A stretch of DNA of 64,000 nucleotides from Candidatus Peregrinibacteria bacterium Greene0416_19 (GCA_007375735.1 VMEW01000009.1:48569-112568), one strand, 5' to 3'; shown: positions 18,432-28,277, numbered from the stretch's first letter. Numbers and translations are program-made. The notes: generated by a model not told the origin, from the letters alone.

Positions 18432-18462
18432 AGAAGCCCCGGTCGCGGGGACCGGGGCTTCT
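18432..18462 (-). terminator. intrinsic terminator
   Basis: AGAAGCCCCGGTC-loop-GACCGGGGCTTCT hairpin after the WD40 gene. Confidence 0.75.
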
Positions 18463-18483
18463 CTGTGAACCTCCTTTCGGTGG

Positions 18484-19479
18484 TTAGCTCTTGGGAACGG
18501 TGTAGGCCACCTTCAGAAGGTGAAGGGTGTGCCCGTTCCCCTCCGAGTACCTGTACACCGTTGTATAACCCGCTTTGGGAGACAGTCTGCTGTAGAACTG
18601 ATGCTTGCTCCACAGCTTGTCGACGACGACAGGCAGCTCCTGAAGCTCCCCACCGTAGAACCGCCAGATTTTGACGGCATCATTGGTCGCGGCAGCCAGG
18701 TACTGGGGAGTGTCGCCCCACGTCCGCAGGGTGCCGTACGCGATCGAGCCGATGTTCGCGTGGGGCAGACCCTTGCGCTCTCGGCGGCGATCGTCCGGAC
18801 TGGTGCCCCACAGGTAGATGTCCCCTGTGTCGCTGTAGGACACGACTTCCTGGCGGAAGCCATCGAAGAAGCAGAGTCCGGCGATCTTGCCGGACTGCCG
18901 GGGGTAGTCCTTGATCTTGACCCCTGCGTTCGCATCCCACAGCTGGACGGAGTCGCCGACGGCGACTGCGATCAGATCCTGCTGGCACCATGTGTAGTGC
19001 GTGACACCGTGGATGGTGAGCAGAATCTCGCTGTCGTACTGGGAGACCACCTCCAAGGTGTTCTCGCGGGCGCTGCCGTTGAGGATGGCAAGGAGCGAGC
19101 CATCCTGGCAGTACGCAGCCGAGATCATGGAGCTGCGCTTCCGCGCGTTGTGCCACATTTGAGCCTTGCGGCCATCGGCGTACCACCGGGCGAACATGTC
19201 CTGCTGGACCGCAAGCAGCGATCCGTTCGGATGGAACGCGAGGGGGCGTGCCATGTCCGAGCCCTGGAGACGCTTCAGGAGAGTGTTCTCCTTGGCATCC
19301 CAGAGGTAGATGCCGTCATTTCGCACGGCCGTGGCGATGACGGCCTCATCGGAGCTGAAGATCAGCGTCTCGTTGTTCCTGGTGTGGAACGGGGTCGTGC
19401 TTTTGAAAAGCCCCCGACCGAACACCAGACCAACCGAGACGAGGCCGACAACCAACACGATCACAATCACCTTCTTCAT
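18484..19479 (-). CDS. secreted WD40/beta-propeller protein
   Basis: Signal/TM N-terminus; IYLWDA, LAFHPNGSLLAV, VQLWDA, VKIWR repeats; GGAGGA SD. Confidence 0.82.
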   Translation of the reverse strand: MKKVIVIVLVVGLVSVGLVFGRGLFKSTTPFHTRNNETLIFSSDEAVIATAVRNDGIYLWDAKENTLLKRLQGSDMARPLAFHPNGSLLAVQQDMFARWYADGRKAQMWHNARKRSSMISAAYCQDGSLLAILNGSARENTLEVVSQYDSEILLTIHGVTHYTWCQQDLIAVAVGDSVQLWDANAGVKIKDYPRQSGKIAGLCFFDGFRQEVVSYSDTGDIYLWGTSPDDRRRERKGLPHANIGSIAYGTLRTWGDTPQYLAAATNDAVKIWRFYGGELQELPVVVDKLWSKHQFYSRLSPKAGYTTVYRYSEGNGHTLHLLKVAYTVPKS

Positions 19480-19743
19480 GCGAACGTCCTCCAAAAAGAA
19501 GTTGAACCACCGATACTGTGAAGGAACACAGAGAAACCCGTTGAAGGGTCACTAATTTATAGTACAAATGTGTATTTCTGTCAACCACAAGACCGCAAAT
19601 TCAGCGACAGAACCCAAATTCTGGCAATCTACCACTTATCAAGGTGTTCCTGACCGACAGCCAGGACCTTTCCGTGCAGCCACGCGCAATTGATCTTCCG
19701 ATGACCGCAGGATAGCGTCTGCCTTAATTCCCCCCCCCCTTTA

Positions 19744-20166
19744 ATGGTCCTCAGCGTCCATTTCCCCGCCGTGCTGGTCGCCGCCGTGGCCGCCTTCGTG
19801 CTCGGCTTCCTCTGGCACGGGGCACTCTGCGGCAAGCAGTGGATCAAGCTCATGGGCATACCGCAATCCGAGGTCGATGCCATGAAGGCCAAAGGCATGG
19901 GAGCGATGGCACCGCAGATGGCCGCGGCCTTCGTCGCGCAGCTCGTCATGGCCTACGTGTTGGCGCGCTTCGCGACGGCATGGAGCGTGTCCGACGTGAT
20001 GGGCGCGCTCACACTCGCTTTCTGGATCTGGATCGGCTTCATCGTCACGGTACTCCTCAACGGCGTCCTGTGGGAGAAGAGGACGGTGCCGCTCTACCTC
20101 TTCAACATCACGTACCACCTGGTGTCCCTCTGCGTCATGACGACGATTGTGGTTCTGTGGAAATAG
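19744..20166 (+). CDS. DUF1761 membrane protein
   Basis: AVLVAAVAAFVLGFLWHGALCGKQW...FWIWIGF...YLFNITYHLV. Confidence 0.85.
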   Translation: MVLSVHFPAVLVAAVAAFVLGFLWHGALCGKQWIKLMGIPQSEVDAMKAKGMGAMAPQMAAAFVAQLVMAYVLARFATAWSVSDVMGALTLAFWIWIGFIVTVLLNGVLWEKRTVPLYLFNITYHLVSLCVMTTIVVLWK

Positions 20167-20237
20167 ACGCGCGAGAGGTCGAGCAAGAGAGGCCGAATGA
20201 AAAGAATGATTGTCACCATCAGGGGAACGGGCGTACG

Positions 20238-20567
20238 ATGACCTCGATGGTGGAAACCCCCTCTGCGCCCGAGCAATCTGAGACAGGACCGGCGACTGTG
20301 CCGGCACTCCCGCAAACCCCACACGTGCTCTCGGAGGCACAGATGCTCAAAGCCCGCATCGAGGAGATTCTGGTCGGCCTCGATGCAACCGGCCAAACCA
20401 TCATCCGGTGCAGGCTGGGAATGGACGGGCCGGTGGAGAGCGACTCCACCCTGAAGCAACGCCTGGGAGTGTCCTCGGACACCATCGTGATGGCACTCTC
20501 CGCGGTGGTGCGGACGCTGCACATGGGACCGGCTACGATCGTGGAGAAACTCAAGGAAAAGCCATAA
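20238..20567 (+). CDS. small protein with sigma70 region-4-like HTH
   Basis: LDATGQTIIRCRLGMDGP...TLKQRLGVSSDTI resembles a degenerate sigma region 4. Confidence 0.5.
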   Translation: MTSMVETPSAPEQSETGPATVPALPQTPHVLSEAQMLKARIEEILVGLDATGQTIIRCRLGMDGPVESDSTLKQRLGVSSDTIVMALSAVVRTLHMGPATIVEKLKEKP

Positions 20568-20585
20568 ACATACTGCCCGGAGCAA

Positions 20586-21239
20586 TCATTGTGAATGGGT
20601 GGGCGTCTGTGCCACATTGATCAGACAGCGAACCCGCTCTTCCTCTGAGTATTGGTACCTCCGTATGCGGGCATCGGCCGCCCATTCATCCTGTTGTTTC
20701 AGCGCCTCGAGCACCTGGCGGAAGCGCAGCCAGTAGACATTCGTGAAATCTGTATAGAGTGCACCGGCATCTTCTGCAGAAGCGTACTGCCTCAGTCGCA
20801 GAGCTGGCTGGGAGAACCGCTCCCGGAGAATCGGCAGAAGCATCGCCATCAGACGCTGACGTATCATCGGCGGCTCCTGCATATAGTCGCCGGAGTAATC
20901 ATCCAGAGCCATGCTGTTGTTGTTTCCAACATCCAGTACACCACCGCCGACGATGTGCCCCGTGCGCCCGGTGATGCGTATCCGGTTGTGCGGAATGACC
21001 TGAGAGTGGCGACCGGTGATGGGAATCGGTGCGACGAACAACGAATAACACATTCGCTGCGCGTCGAACTGGAGGTCATCGAGTGGGTTCCCCGCTTGAT
21101 CCACGAAGTGCTCCGCGACTACAAACTTGTTACCCTTGCTGATCAACTCAGCAAGCGGGTGCGTATCGACCACTCCAATACGCAGGCTCACTGTTTCGAT
21201 GTCGAGGGAGCCGGGGGTAATGACGGAAGGCTGATTCAT
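20586..21239 (-). CDS. hypothetical protein
   Basis: 217-aa ORF. Confidence 0.6.
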   Translation of the reverse strand: MNQPSVITPGSLDIETVSLRIGVVDTHPLAELISKGNKFVVAEHFVDQAGNPLDDLQFDAQRMCYSLFVAPIPITGRHSQVIPHNRIRITGRTGHIVGGGVLDVGNNNSMALDDYSGDYMQEPPMIRQRLMAMLLPILRERFSQPALRLRQYASAEDAGALYTDFTNVYWLRFRQVLEALKQQDEWAADARIRRYQYSEEERVRCLINVAQTPTHSQ

Positions 21240-21353
21240 GGTGAGGTAGATAATCACTCGTCAGTTGGAAAAACAAGCGCATTTGGAATGTTGTTTCCGT
21301 GCATCCCGTGCATTGTCATATGTGAAGAAAATTGGTATAATGGAGGGAAACCA

Positions 21354-21725
21354 ATGATACACACTTCTTTCCTCCGTTGCCTGACAGCCAGTTTCCTCAT
21401 CCTGGGATTCGCATTGATGGTATCGGTGCGGGCGCCGGAGTATGCCGCAGGACTCACGGGCCAGGGCGTGACGGTGCTCAGCAAGGCGGCACCCGCCGTT
21501 ACGCTGCAGCCGGGAGGTGACGTCCATCTGTCCGCTCCGGCGTTGCAGGCAGGCAGAGACCTGGCGACGATGCAGTTGATCATGGGAATGCTCCTCGTCA
21601 TCGCCGGATGCTTCGCCCACACGCTCTCCCTGCTCCGTCGCGAGAGACTGACAGAACGGAACCATGATCGGCTGATGATGGTGCGAGTGTGGTTTGAGCG
21701 GCACCTGGACCGGCCGTGGTGGTAA
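21354..21725 (+). CDS. hypothetical two-TM membrane protein
   Basis: TATAAT and GGAGG upstream; two hydrophobic segments. Confidence 0.65.
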   Translation: MIHTSFLRCLTASFLILGFALMVSVRAPEYAAGLTGQGVTVLSKAAPAVTLQPGGDVHLSAPALQAGRDLATMQLIMGMLLVIAGCFAHTLSLLRRERLTERNHDRLMMVRVWFERHLDRPWW

Positions 21726-21766
21726 TCTCTTGAGGATTAGTCCCGTGGGGACCACGTCCCTTTACG

Positions 21767-21846
21767 GGATACCGAAGAATCCGAAGAGCCCGAGGAGTGA
21801 TTACTGTTCCTCGGACTCGTCGGTATCGTCGGACTCATCGGACTCT
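21767..21846. repeat. palindromic element built of 9-bp units (CCGAGGAxT / TCGGAxTCx)
   Basis: Inverted arms of degenerate 9-mers; related copy at 55941-56033. Confidence 0.75.
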
Positions 21847-21859
21847 TGAGGCCGCATTG

Positions 21860-21988
21860 AAGAAAGGGGCGGACGGAGCCACCCCCTTCCCTATTTCTTG
21901 GTGCGGTGCTCTGACACGACTCACCGTCAGCAGCAGCTACCGCAACCATCACCACCACGAGACATAGCGAGGAGGGAAAGAAATAACA
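21860..21988 (-). ncRNA. candidate small RNA or 12-aa Cys-peptide mRNA
   Basis: TAGACA-N17-TATACT promoter (22022-21994), internal hairpin, terminator-like hairpin 21861-21889. Confidence 0.45.
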
Positions 21989-22084
21989 GCCAGAGTATAG
22001 CAAAGCAAAGGGCGCCTGTCTATCACTCGTACTTGACGAGTGATATTTTCGAGACTTTCCGAATCAATTGTACGATGGAATGGC

Positions 22085-22219
22085 AAATGAACAAAAACCG
22101 TCTCCAATCGTGAAGGACGGTTTTTGTGTGTGTCTCCCGACTGTGCACGGAGAGTCGAAACCCTGTGCGCGTCGGAGATGGCACCGGCCGTACGGGGATA
22201 TCCCGGACTGGTCGATGCA
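22085..22219 (-). ncRNA. candidate structured small RNA
   Basis: TG-C-TATAAT at 22233-22225, two hairpins, then terminator 22091-22127. Confidence 0.4.
22091..22127. terminator. bidirectional intrinsic terminator
   Basis: ACAAAAACCGTC...GACGGTTTTTGT. Confidence 0.8.
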
Positions 22220-22238
22220 TGAATATTATAGCATAATT

Positions 22239-23129
22239 TTACTTTTTTTCAAAATACTGTTTTTTTCCCATTCCATCCCGGTGATACGTGCCAAATTCCT
22301 CTATCTTCACGCACAGATCGTTCTTCACCACCGGCCCCTCCACGCACAATCGAATGCCGAGAGGATCGACCACGCAGTTGCCGCAGAGCCCGTAGCCGCA
22401 CTTCATGTAGCGTTCGAGTGAGAGCTGGCTTGGAACCTTGTGCGCAGCAGTGATCTCCGAGACACGCTTGAGCATGATCTCCGGTCCGCAGGCGAAGACC
22501 CGATCGATGGGATCGCAGTCCTGGGCGCCTTTTCGTTTGGGCCCCTGAGGGACGGGACAGGAAGCGAGGAGCTTCTCGAGAATGTCAACGTTGTACCCCT
22601 TGTACCCTACGGAGCCGTCGTTCGTGGCGATGTGGAGCGAGACGTGCGGGAGCGACTCGAGTTCCTCGACGTACAGCAGGTGCTCCTTGCCGCGCGCGCC
22701 GACGATCACCTCGAGTGTACAACCATGACCGACGGTTTCTTTGGCGACGAAGTACATCGGCGCCGCCCCGTAGCCGCCCGCCACGAGCACGATGTGCTGA
22801 CCGGGTTCCCATTGATAACAAGTGCCGAACGGCCCCCGCAGTCCCACCAGATCACCCACCGATGCTTTCGCGAGTTCTTCCGTCATGTCCCCGACCGCGA
22901 AGAACGTGATCTTCGTATGCGCCCCGTCGTCGAACGCCACGCTCATGGGCACTTCGTCCACGCCGGGCAGCCACACCATCACGAACTGCCCCGGCCTGGC
23001 CCCCAGCGACCCATCGAACGTGTAGGTCCGCACCATCTCCGTCTCCTGCTTGATGTCGACAATGCGGTAGGTCTTGGGGAGCCGGGATTGGAGCGGGATG
23101 GTGCTCATATCAGGATCGCGATGGCGCAT
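22239..23129 (-). CDS. pyrK: dihydroorotate dehydrogenase B electron transfer subunit
   Basis: RPGQFVMVW, LRGPFG, VAGGYGAAP, CGPEIM, ERYMKCGYGLCGNC...LCVEGPV. Confidence 0.93.
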   Translation of the reverse strand: MRHRDPDMSTIPLQSRLPKTYRIVDIKQETEMVRTYTFDGSLGARPGQFVMVWLPGVDEVPMSVAFDDGAHTKITFFAVGDMTEELAKASVGDLVGLRGPFGTCYQWEPGQHIVLVAGGYGAAPMYFVAKETVGHGCTLEVIVGARGKEHLLYVEELESLPHVSLHIATNDGSVGYKGYNVDILEKLLASCPVPQGPKRKGAQDCDPIDRVFACGPEIMLKRVSEITAAHKVPSQLSLERYMKCGYGLCGNCVVDPLGIRLCVEGPVVKNDLCVKIEEFGTYHRDGMGKKQYFEKK

Positions 23130-24090
23130 GCGACATTGCCGTCCCCTTCATGCCCCGCGCGAGCAATTCCTTGTGCATGCCCCCGATCAGATCCTTCACA
23201 TCCCACACTCCTTCGTTCGTGCACCAGAGCTGCATCTCATCGCACACCTTCTTGAACACATCGATCCCCCGCTCGCCGACCGCCGTGCCGATCCCGACCA
23301 GCGTGGCGCCAGCCAGCATCATTTCGATCGCGTCTTCGCCGGTGTAGACGCCTCCCGTACCGATGATGGGAACCTTGCCCGCCGTCGATTCGTAGATTTC
23401 CGCGACGCACCGGACCGCAATCGTCTTGAGCGCCGGGCCGCTGAGTCCGCCCTTGTGGGTGGAGAGGATGGGCATGCGGCTGCGGAGATCGATGGCCATG
23501 CCGGGTCCGACGGTGTTGATGGCGGTGATCCCGTCGGCTCCTGCATCGACGCATGCCTTTGCGATCTCGCCGATAGCGGGAACATTGGGAGTGAGTTTCG
23601 CGAAGAGTGGAATGCCGCCGATCTCCTTCTTCACGGCTTTGAGAATCGCCGCCGACTCCGATTCATCCTCCGCAAAGAGCTTGCCGCGTAACTTGAGGAA
23701 CGTGGGGGTCGACAGGTTGACCTCGATGAAATCTGGCTTGAGCGGCGCGATCATGCCCGCGATGGCGGCGAATTCGTCCGCGGAGAGCCCGATGATGTTC
23801 GCAATGAGCGGCGTCGGGTGCTCCTTGAGGTAGTCGCCTATTTCCTCCCGCGCCTTCTCCGGTCCTGCATCCGGCACACCCACGGCGTTGAGCGTCCAGT
23901 GTTCTGTGGAGATAATGACCGGATTCCGATTCCCCTGATGTTCCTGAGGCCAGAGTGATTTGGTCGTGATGCCGCCGGCCCCGTTCTCCGCGACGAGCCG
24001 CCAGGATGCCGCCGTGATCCCCATGATGCCCGAGGCGAGAACCGTCGGGTTGTCGAAGGTGACACCGAGGACGGAGTGGGAAAGGTTCAT
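23110..24090 (-). CDS. pyrD: dihydroorotate dehydrogenase (family 1B) catalytic subunit
   Basis: NPTVLASG, ITTKS, AKLTPN, AINT, GGLSGPALK, IIGTGGV. Confidence 0.93.
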   Translation of the reverse strand: MNLSHSVLGVTFDNPTVLASGIMGITAASWRLVAENGAGGITTKSLWPQEHQGNRNPVIISTEHWTLNAVGVPDAGPEKAREEIGDYLKEHPTPLIANIIGLSADEFAAIAGMIAPLKPDFIEVNLSTPTFLKLRGKLFAEDESESAAILKAVKKEIGGIPLFAKLTPNVPAIGEIAKACVDAGADGITAINTVGPGMAIDLRSRMPILSTHKGGLSGPALKTIAVRCVAEIYESTAGKVPIIGTGGVYTGEDAIEMMLAGATLVGIGTAVGERGIDVFKKVCDEMQLWCTNEGVWDVKDLIGGMHKELLARGMKGTAMSHAPSRS

Positions 24091-24128
24091 TGAAGTGAGT
24101 GTAGCATGGTCGTTCCGTCCTTGTTCAT

Positions 24129-24360
24129 GCCCCCTCCCTGCGGCCCTCCCCCTCGGCCGCAACCCCCTGCGGGTGTGCGGCCTGGGAGAGGGCAAGCGTA
24201 GGTGAATGCCGCACGGCGGAGCCGTGCTGCTACGATCAATTGTTCATTATTGCAATCAGCAGCACGGCTCCGCCGTGCGGCATTGAAAGATTGACCCTGC
24301 CCTCTCCCAGACCGCAAGCCCGCAGGCTGAGGCCGAGGGGGAGGGCCGCAGGGAGGGGGC
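24129..24360. repeat. compound REP-like inverted repeats between livM and pyrD
   Basis: CCCCTCCCTGCGGCCCTCCCCCTCGGCC.../...GGCCGAGGGGGAGGGCCGCAGGGAGGGG arms around the hairpin AATGCCGCACGGCGGAGCCGTGCTGCT/AGCAGCACGGCTCCGCCGTGCGGCATT; related copy at 55268-55407. Confidence 0.85.
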
Positions 24361-24363
24361 AAG

Positions 24364-25218
24364 TTACACGCTTCGCTGCACCGGAAACAACGTCTCCCTC
24401 CGCCACCACACCGCGGCAAAGAGGATGACCCCAAACAGGATGAGCCTCAGCGGGCCCAGCGCGCCGGGTGCGAACGGCAGGAACCGCAAACCTTCGCGCA
24501 ACGGGACCAGCAGAGCGGTCGCGAGCGCCGCCCCCCTCACGCTCCCCGGCCTGCCGGCGACGACGATGGTGATGAGGAAGACGAAGACGGGGAACTGATA
24601 ATCGTTGGGATGCAGCAGTCGCAGATACTGCGGGAACAGCAGATTATCGGTCCAGAGCGCGAGGCCGAGCAGCAGGAACACGATGACGTACACGCGGGTC
24701 CGGCTGACCCCGATCGCAGTGGCGTTCCACTCCTGTTCGCCCATAGCTTGCAGGTTGCGGCCGAACGCGCCGCGGTCGATGCGCAGGAGGGCGAGCACCC
24801 ACACCACGGCGATGACGAGCGCGAGCAGCGCGAAGGCCGGCGTGCTCTCCAGCCCCGGCATCCGCGCGATGCGGGGAATGCCGAGCGCACCGCGGGTGAG
24901 CGACGGCCAGTTGAGCACGAGCGCGATGAGCCCCAAGTGCACCGCGATGGCCATGACGCCGAATGCGTCGTCGCGCAGCCGCAGCGCGAGCCAGGCGTAG
25001 AGGAGCGAGACCGCGGCAGTGAGGGCGAGTCCCGCCACGGCGCCCAGCACGTAGCTGCCGGTCGCGGTCTGCACGATGAAGATAGCGTAGGCGGCCACCA
25101 GGCCCACCCCGATGGGCCCCCAGTTGAGAATGCGCCCCCGCCCGAGCATGAGCGTGTAGGCGCAGGCAAGGGGCACCCAGTTGGCCGTGATGAAGAGCAT
25201 GTGCCAGAAGAAATCCAT
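24364..25218 (-). CDS. livM: branched-chain amino acid ABC permease (LivM-like)
   Basis: LALRLRDDAF, LTRGALGIPRI, FGRNLQAMGEQE...AIGV. Confidence 0.82.
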   Translation of the reverse strand: MDFFWHMLFITANWVPLACAYTLMLGRGRILNWGPIGVGLVAAYAIFIVQTATGSYVLGAVAGLALTAAVSLLYAWLALRLRDDAFGVMAIAVHLGLIALVLNWPSLTRGALGIPRIARMPGLESTPAFALLALVIAVVWVLALLRIDRGAFGRNLQAMGEQEWNATAIGVSRTRVYVIVFLLLGLALWTDNLLFPQYLRLLHPNDYQFPVFVFLITIVVAGRPGSVRGAALATALLVPLREGLRFLPFAPGALGPLRLILFGVILFAAVWWRRETLFPVQRSV

Positions 25219-25225
25219 AGGGGAA

Positions 25226-26104
25226 TCAGCCGAGCCGCCGGCCCGACTGGAAGAGCCCGGACGGCTTGATGAGGAGAATGAAAATAATGAAGAGCAGAGG
25301 GATCGTCGCCTGGTAGCCGGCCGGCACGTAGAACCGGCCGAACCACCGGATCCCCACCGTCAGTTGCTCCAGGAGCGCGATGAGGAAGGCGCACGCGATG
25401 GCACCCCACACATTTCCGAGCCCGCCGGCGATGACCGCAGCATACGCTTTGATCGTGAGCGGAAACGCGAGGGTGGGGCTCAGGTTCTGGTCGATGCCGA
25501 TGAAAATCCCTCCGCAGGCGGCGAGCGTGCCGCTCAGGACGACGATCAGCCGGTGCAGGCGCGGCGCGTCCACGCCCACGCTGAGCGCCGCATGATCGTG
25601 CTGTGCAACGGCCCGGAGCCTGCGCCCGAAGGCCGTGTGATGGAGCGTCCACCCGAAGAGCGCGAGGATGAGGAGCGTGAAGCCGATGAGCATCATCTGT
25701 TCCAGGCTGATCTGGAAGGCCCCGGCATCGAACACGCGCTTGGTCTCGCGGAGAATGGCGCGAGGCCGCTCCCCGAAGAGCAGGATGATGAGGCCGTCCA
25801 GGATCATCCCGAGCGCGATGGTCGTGACGAGCGGCAGCCGGATGTGGCGCCGGTAGAATGGGCGGATGAAGACGTCGAATGTGAGCCACGAGAGCAGCGC
25901 CCCCGCCACGATACCGCCGGGGATGGCGAGCGCGAGCGGCAATCCGGCCACCTGCCGCAGCCACCAGGCGGCGAAGCCTCCCACCAGCACCGTCTGCCCC
26001 AGCGCCAGGTTGTAGACGCCGAGGATCCCGAACACGAGGGACAGCCCCCCCGCAATGAGCGCCGCGAGGGAGCCCGCAATGAGCGCATTGACGAGGAGCT
26101 GCAT
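25226..26104 (-). CDS. livH: branched-chain amino acid ABC permease (LivH-like)
   Basis: QLLVNALIAGS..ALIAGGLSLVFG..GVYNLA, TAFGRRLRAVAQ, KAYAAVIAGGLG. Confidence 0.88.
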   Translation of the reverse strand: MQLLVNALIAGSLAALIAGGLSLVFGILGVYNLALGQTVLVGGFAAWWLRQVAGLPLALAIPGGIVAGALLSWLTFDVFIRPFYRRHIRLPLVTTIALGMILDGLIILLFGERPRAILRETKRVFDAGAFQISLEQMMLIGFTLLILALFGWTLHHTAFGRRLRAVAQHDHAALSVGVDAPRLHRLIVVLSGTLAACGGIFIGIDQNLSPTLAFPLTIKAYAAVIAGGLGNVWGAIACAFLIALLEQLTVGIRWFGRFYVPAGYQATIPLLFIIFILLIKPSGLFQSGRRLG

Positions 26105-26124
26105 CCCAGGAACTGTACCAGATC

Positions 26125-27390
26125 TTACTTGGAGCTGGCCGCCTTCTCCATCGCGTCGCCCTTCTTTTCCATGGCACTGGCGGGCTTCTTCTCCATCGCA
26201 GCTCCCGGCTCTTTCTCCATGACCGCCCCGGACCCGTCCTCCACCGTCGCTCCGGTGGCGGTGGCCGACGGGGCATCCAGCGACAGCTCCTGCACTTTGA
26301 CGATCTTCCCGCCCTGGTGCTGCTTGACCACGTAGCCGACGCCCACCACGTCGCCGTTCACATCGAAGTGGAAGTCACCGATGATACCAACGTGGTTCGT
26401 GAGCGCGGCGAGAGCGTCTTTGATCGCGGTGCCATTCATGGCGCCGGCTTTCATGGCATCCGCCACTACCATCGTCGCGTCGTACGCATGGGCCACGATG
26501 GCAATGGTCGCCTGCGGCTTGCCGTAGGTCTGGATCACCTTGGCTTCGAAGCCGGTCCCCTCTCCGAAGGCCGGCACGTTGATGACGTACATCCCCTCCA
26601 CAGCGTCTTTCGCAATCTCAGGCAGCGTGAGTGAATCGCCCACATCGTGGGAAACCACCGGCTGGGCCAGCTTCTGCTCCCGCAGCTGCTGCAGCATGGC
26701 CGCCATCACGGCATCGGTCTGGGCATTGGGGAAGAAAACGTCGAATTCGACCTTCTTCAGACGCGTCATCAGCGTGCGAAAATCCTTGGTGCCGGGATCA
26801 ACCATTTCGTCGAACACGATCGCGTCCTCCCCCAGATCTTTCGTCAGGGACGTCCGGAAGGCGGAGGCGAAGTCGGTGTTCTCGGTGATGAGGGCCACTT
26901 TCTTGTAGCCTTTCTCCGCGAAGAATCGGGCAATGGCTTTCGTTTTCAATGCATCACTCGGATAGTCGCGGAAGATGTACTCCCCTGCCTGCGTGATGTC
27001 CGGGCTGCTGCTGAAGGGGGAGATGAGTACCACCTTGCCCGCCTCCGCGATGGGGGCCGCCGCCAGCGTCTCGCCGCTGCACTGTCCGCCGATGATCGCC
27101 GATACGTTGTCGACATTCACCAGCTTCTGCGCGGCACTCGCGCTATCGGCACCGGTGCACTTGCCGTCCTCCGCGATGACCTCGACCTTCTTGCCATTGA
27201 TCCCACCCGCGGCATTCAATTCCTCCACCGCGAATAAAACCCCGTTGAGCGTGTCTTTGCCGTAGGAAGCTGCGTCACCCGTGAGCGGACCGATGTAGCC
27301 GAGCTTGATCGTGCCGCCGCCCTGTCCGGCAGGCTGGCACGCAGACAGTGCAATCGCGAGCAGACCCACGAGGGCGATGTGTTTTTTCAT
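26125..27390 (-). CDS. livK: branched-chain amino acid ABC substrate-binding lipoprotein
   Basis: Lipobox LSAC, IKLGYIGPLTG, INGKKVEVIAED, AYDA; charged repetitive C-tail. Confidence 0.88.
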   Translation of the reverse strand: MKKHIALVGLLAIALSACQPAGQGGGTIKLGYIGPLTGDAASYGKDTLNGVLFAVEELNAAGGINGKKVEVIAEDGKCTGADSASAAQKLVNVDNVSAIIGGQCSGETLAAAPIAEAGKVVLISPFSSSPDITQAGEYIFRDYPSDALKTKAIARFFAEKGYKKVALITENTDFASAFRTSLTKDLGEDAIVFDEMVDPGTKDFRTLMTRLKKVEFDVFFPNAQTDAVMAAMLQQLREQKLAQPVVSHDVGDSLTLPEIAKDAVEGMYVINVPAFGEGTGFEAKVIQTYGKPQATIAIVAHAYDATMVVADAMKAGAMNGTAIKDALAALTNHVGIIGDFHFDVNGDVVGVGYVVKQHQGGKIVKVQELSLDAPSATATGATVEDGSGAVMEKEPGAAMEKKPASAMEKKGDAMEKAASSK

Positions 27391-27539
27391 GGAATATGGG
27401 GGAAGTTGCATAGATTGTGTTTGCTTGGGGAAAGATTGTCAAAAATATAAATTGCCGCAACCTGCAGCCGGGATTCGCGTAAAGCGACGTGGCCGCCACG
27501 CGACTTTACGTCGTAATCCCGGATTCATACGAAATTATT

Positions 27540-28277
27540 TCAATCCGTCGGATCCGCCCCAAAGTATATTTCTTGGAGTTTCCGCTCTCCCTTGACCTCC
27601 TTCGGCGTTCCCCGCAGCACAATCTCTCCCACATCCAGGACGATCACCCGGTCGCAGATGCGGGAAATGAACGGCAGATCATGCTCGACAATGAGAACCG
27701 TCTTGCCCTCCGCCTTGAGTTCCCGGATGAGGTCCGCCACCTGGCTGGTCATTTTGGGGGAGACGCCGGCCGTGGGTTCATCGAGGAGGAAGAGGGATTT
27801 GCCGCTGCGGAGCGTCCGGGCAATTTCGAGGAGGCGCATCTGTCCGCCGCTGAGCGACCCTGCTTTCTCCCTCGCGCGATCGAGCAAACCGACCATGTTG
27901 AGCGTGCCGCGGACCAGATCATTCAAATTTCCAAGCGCCCGACGCTGCTCCCTCGGCAATGCCTCGAGCGCCACCAGCACATTCTCCTCCAGCGTCATCT
28001 CCCGGAAGATCCCGAAGTTCTGGAACACCCGTCCGATGCCGCACTGCGCCCGGCGGGCCGGCGCGAGATTCGTGATGTCCTGATCGCGGAAACGGACCGT
28101 GCCCGAGGTCGGCTTCAGAAAACCCGAGAGCACGTTGAAGAGCGTCGTCTTGCCGGATCCATTGGGACCGATGACGCCGATCACCTCCCCCTCCGCCACA
28201 TCGAAACTGACGTCCCTCAGAATATGCTGGCCGTTGAGGCTGAGAGAGACGCGGGAGAGTGTAAGAATTGCGGACAT
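27540..28277 (-). CDS. livG: branched-chain amino acid ABC ATP-binding protein (LivG-like)
   Basis: GPNGSGKTTLFN, LSGGQ, LLDEPTAGV, VEHD. Confidence 0.85.
   Translation of the reverse strand: MSAILTLSRVSLSLNGQHILRDVSFDVAEGEVIGVIGPNGSGKTTLFNVLSGFLKPTSGTVRFRDQDITNLAPARRAQCGIGRVFQNFGIFREMTLEENVLVALEALPREQRRALGNLNDLVRGTLNMVGLLDRAREKAGSLSGGQMRLLEIARTLRSGKSLFLLDEPTAGVSPKMTSQVADLIRELKAEGKTVLIVEHDLPFISRICDRVIVLDVGEIVLRGTPKEVKGERKLQEIYFGADPTD

Noticed and set aside
21891-21965. Selenocysteine read-through of the CC-UGA peptide
   Set aside because: A second in-frame UGA follows two codons later, the hairpin includes the UGA itself, and no sel genes are visible.
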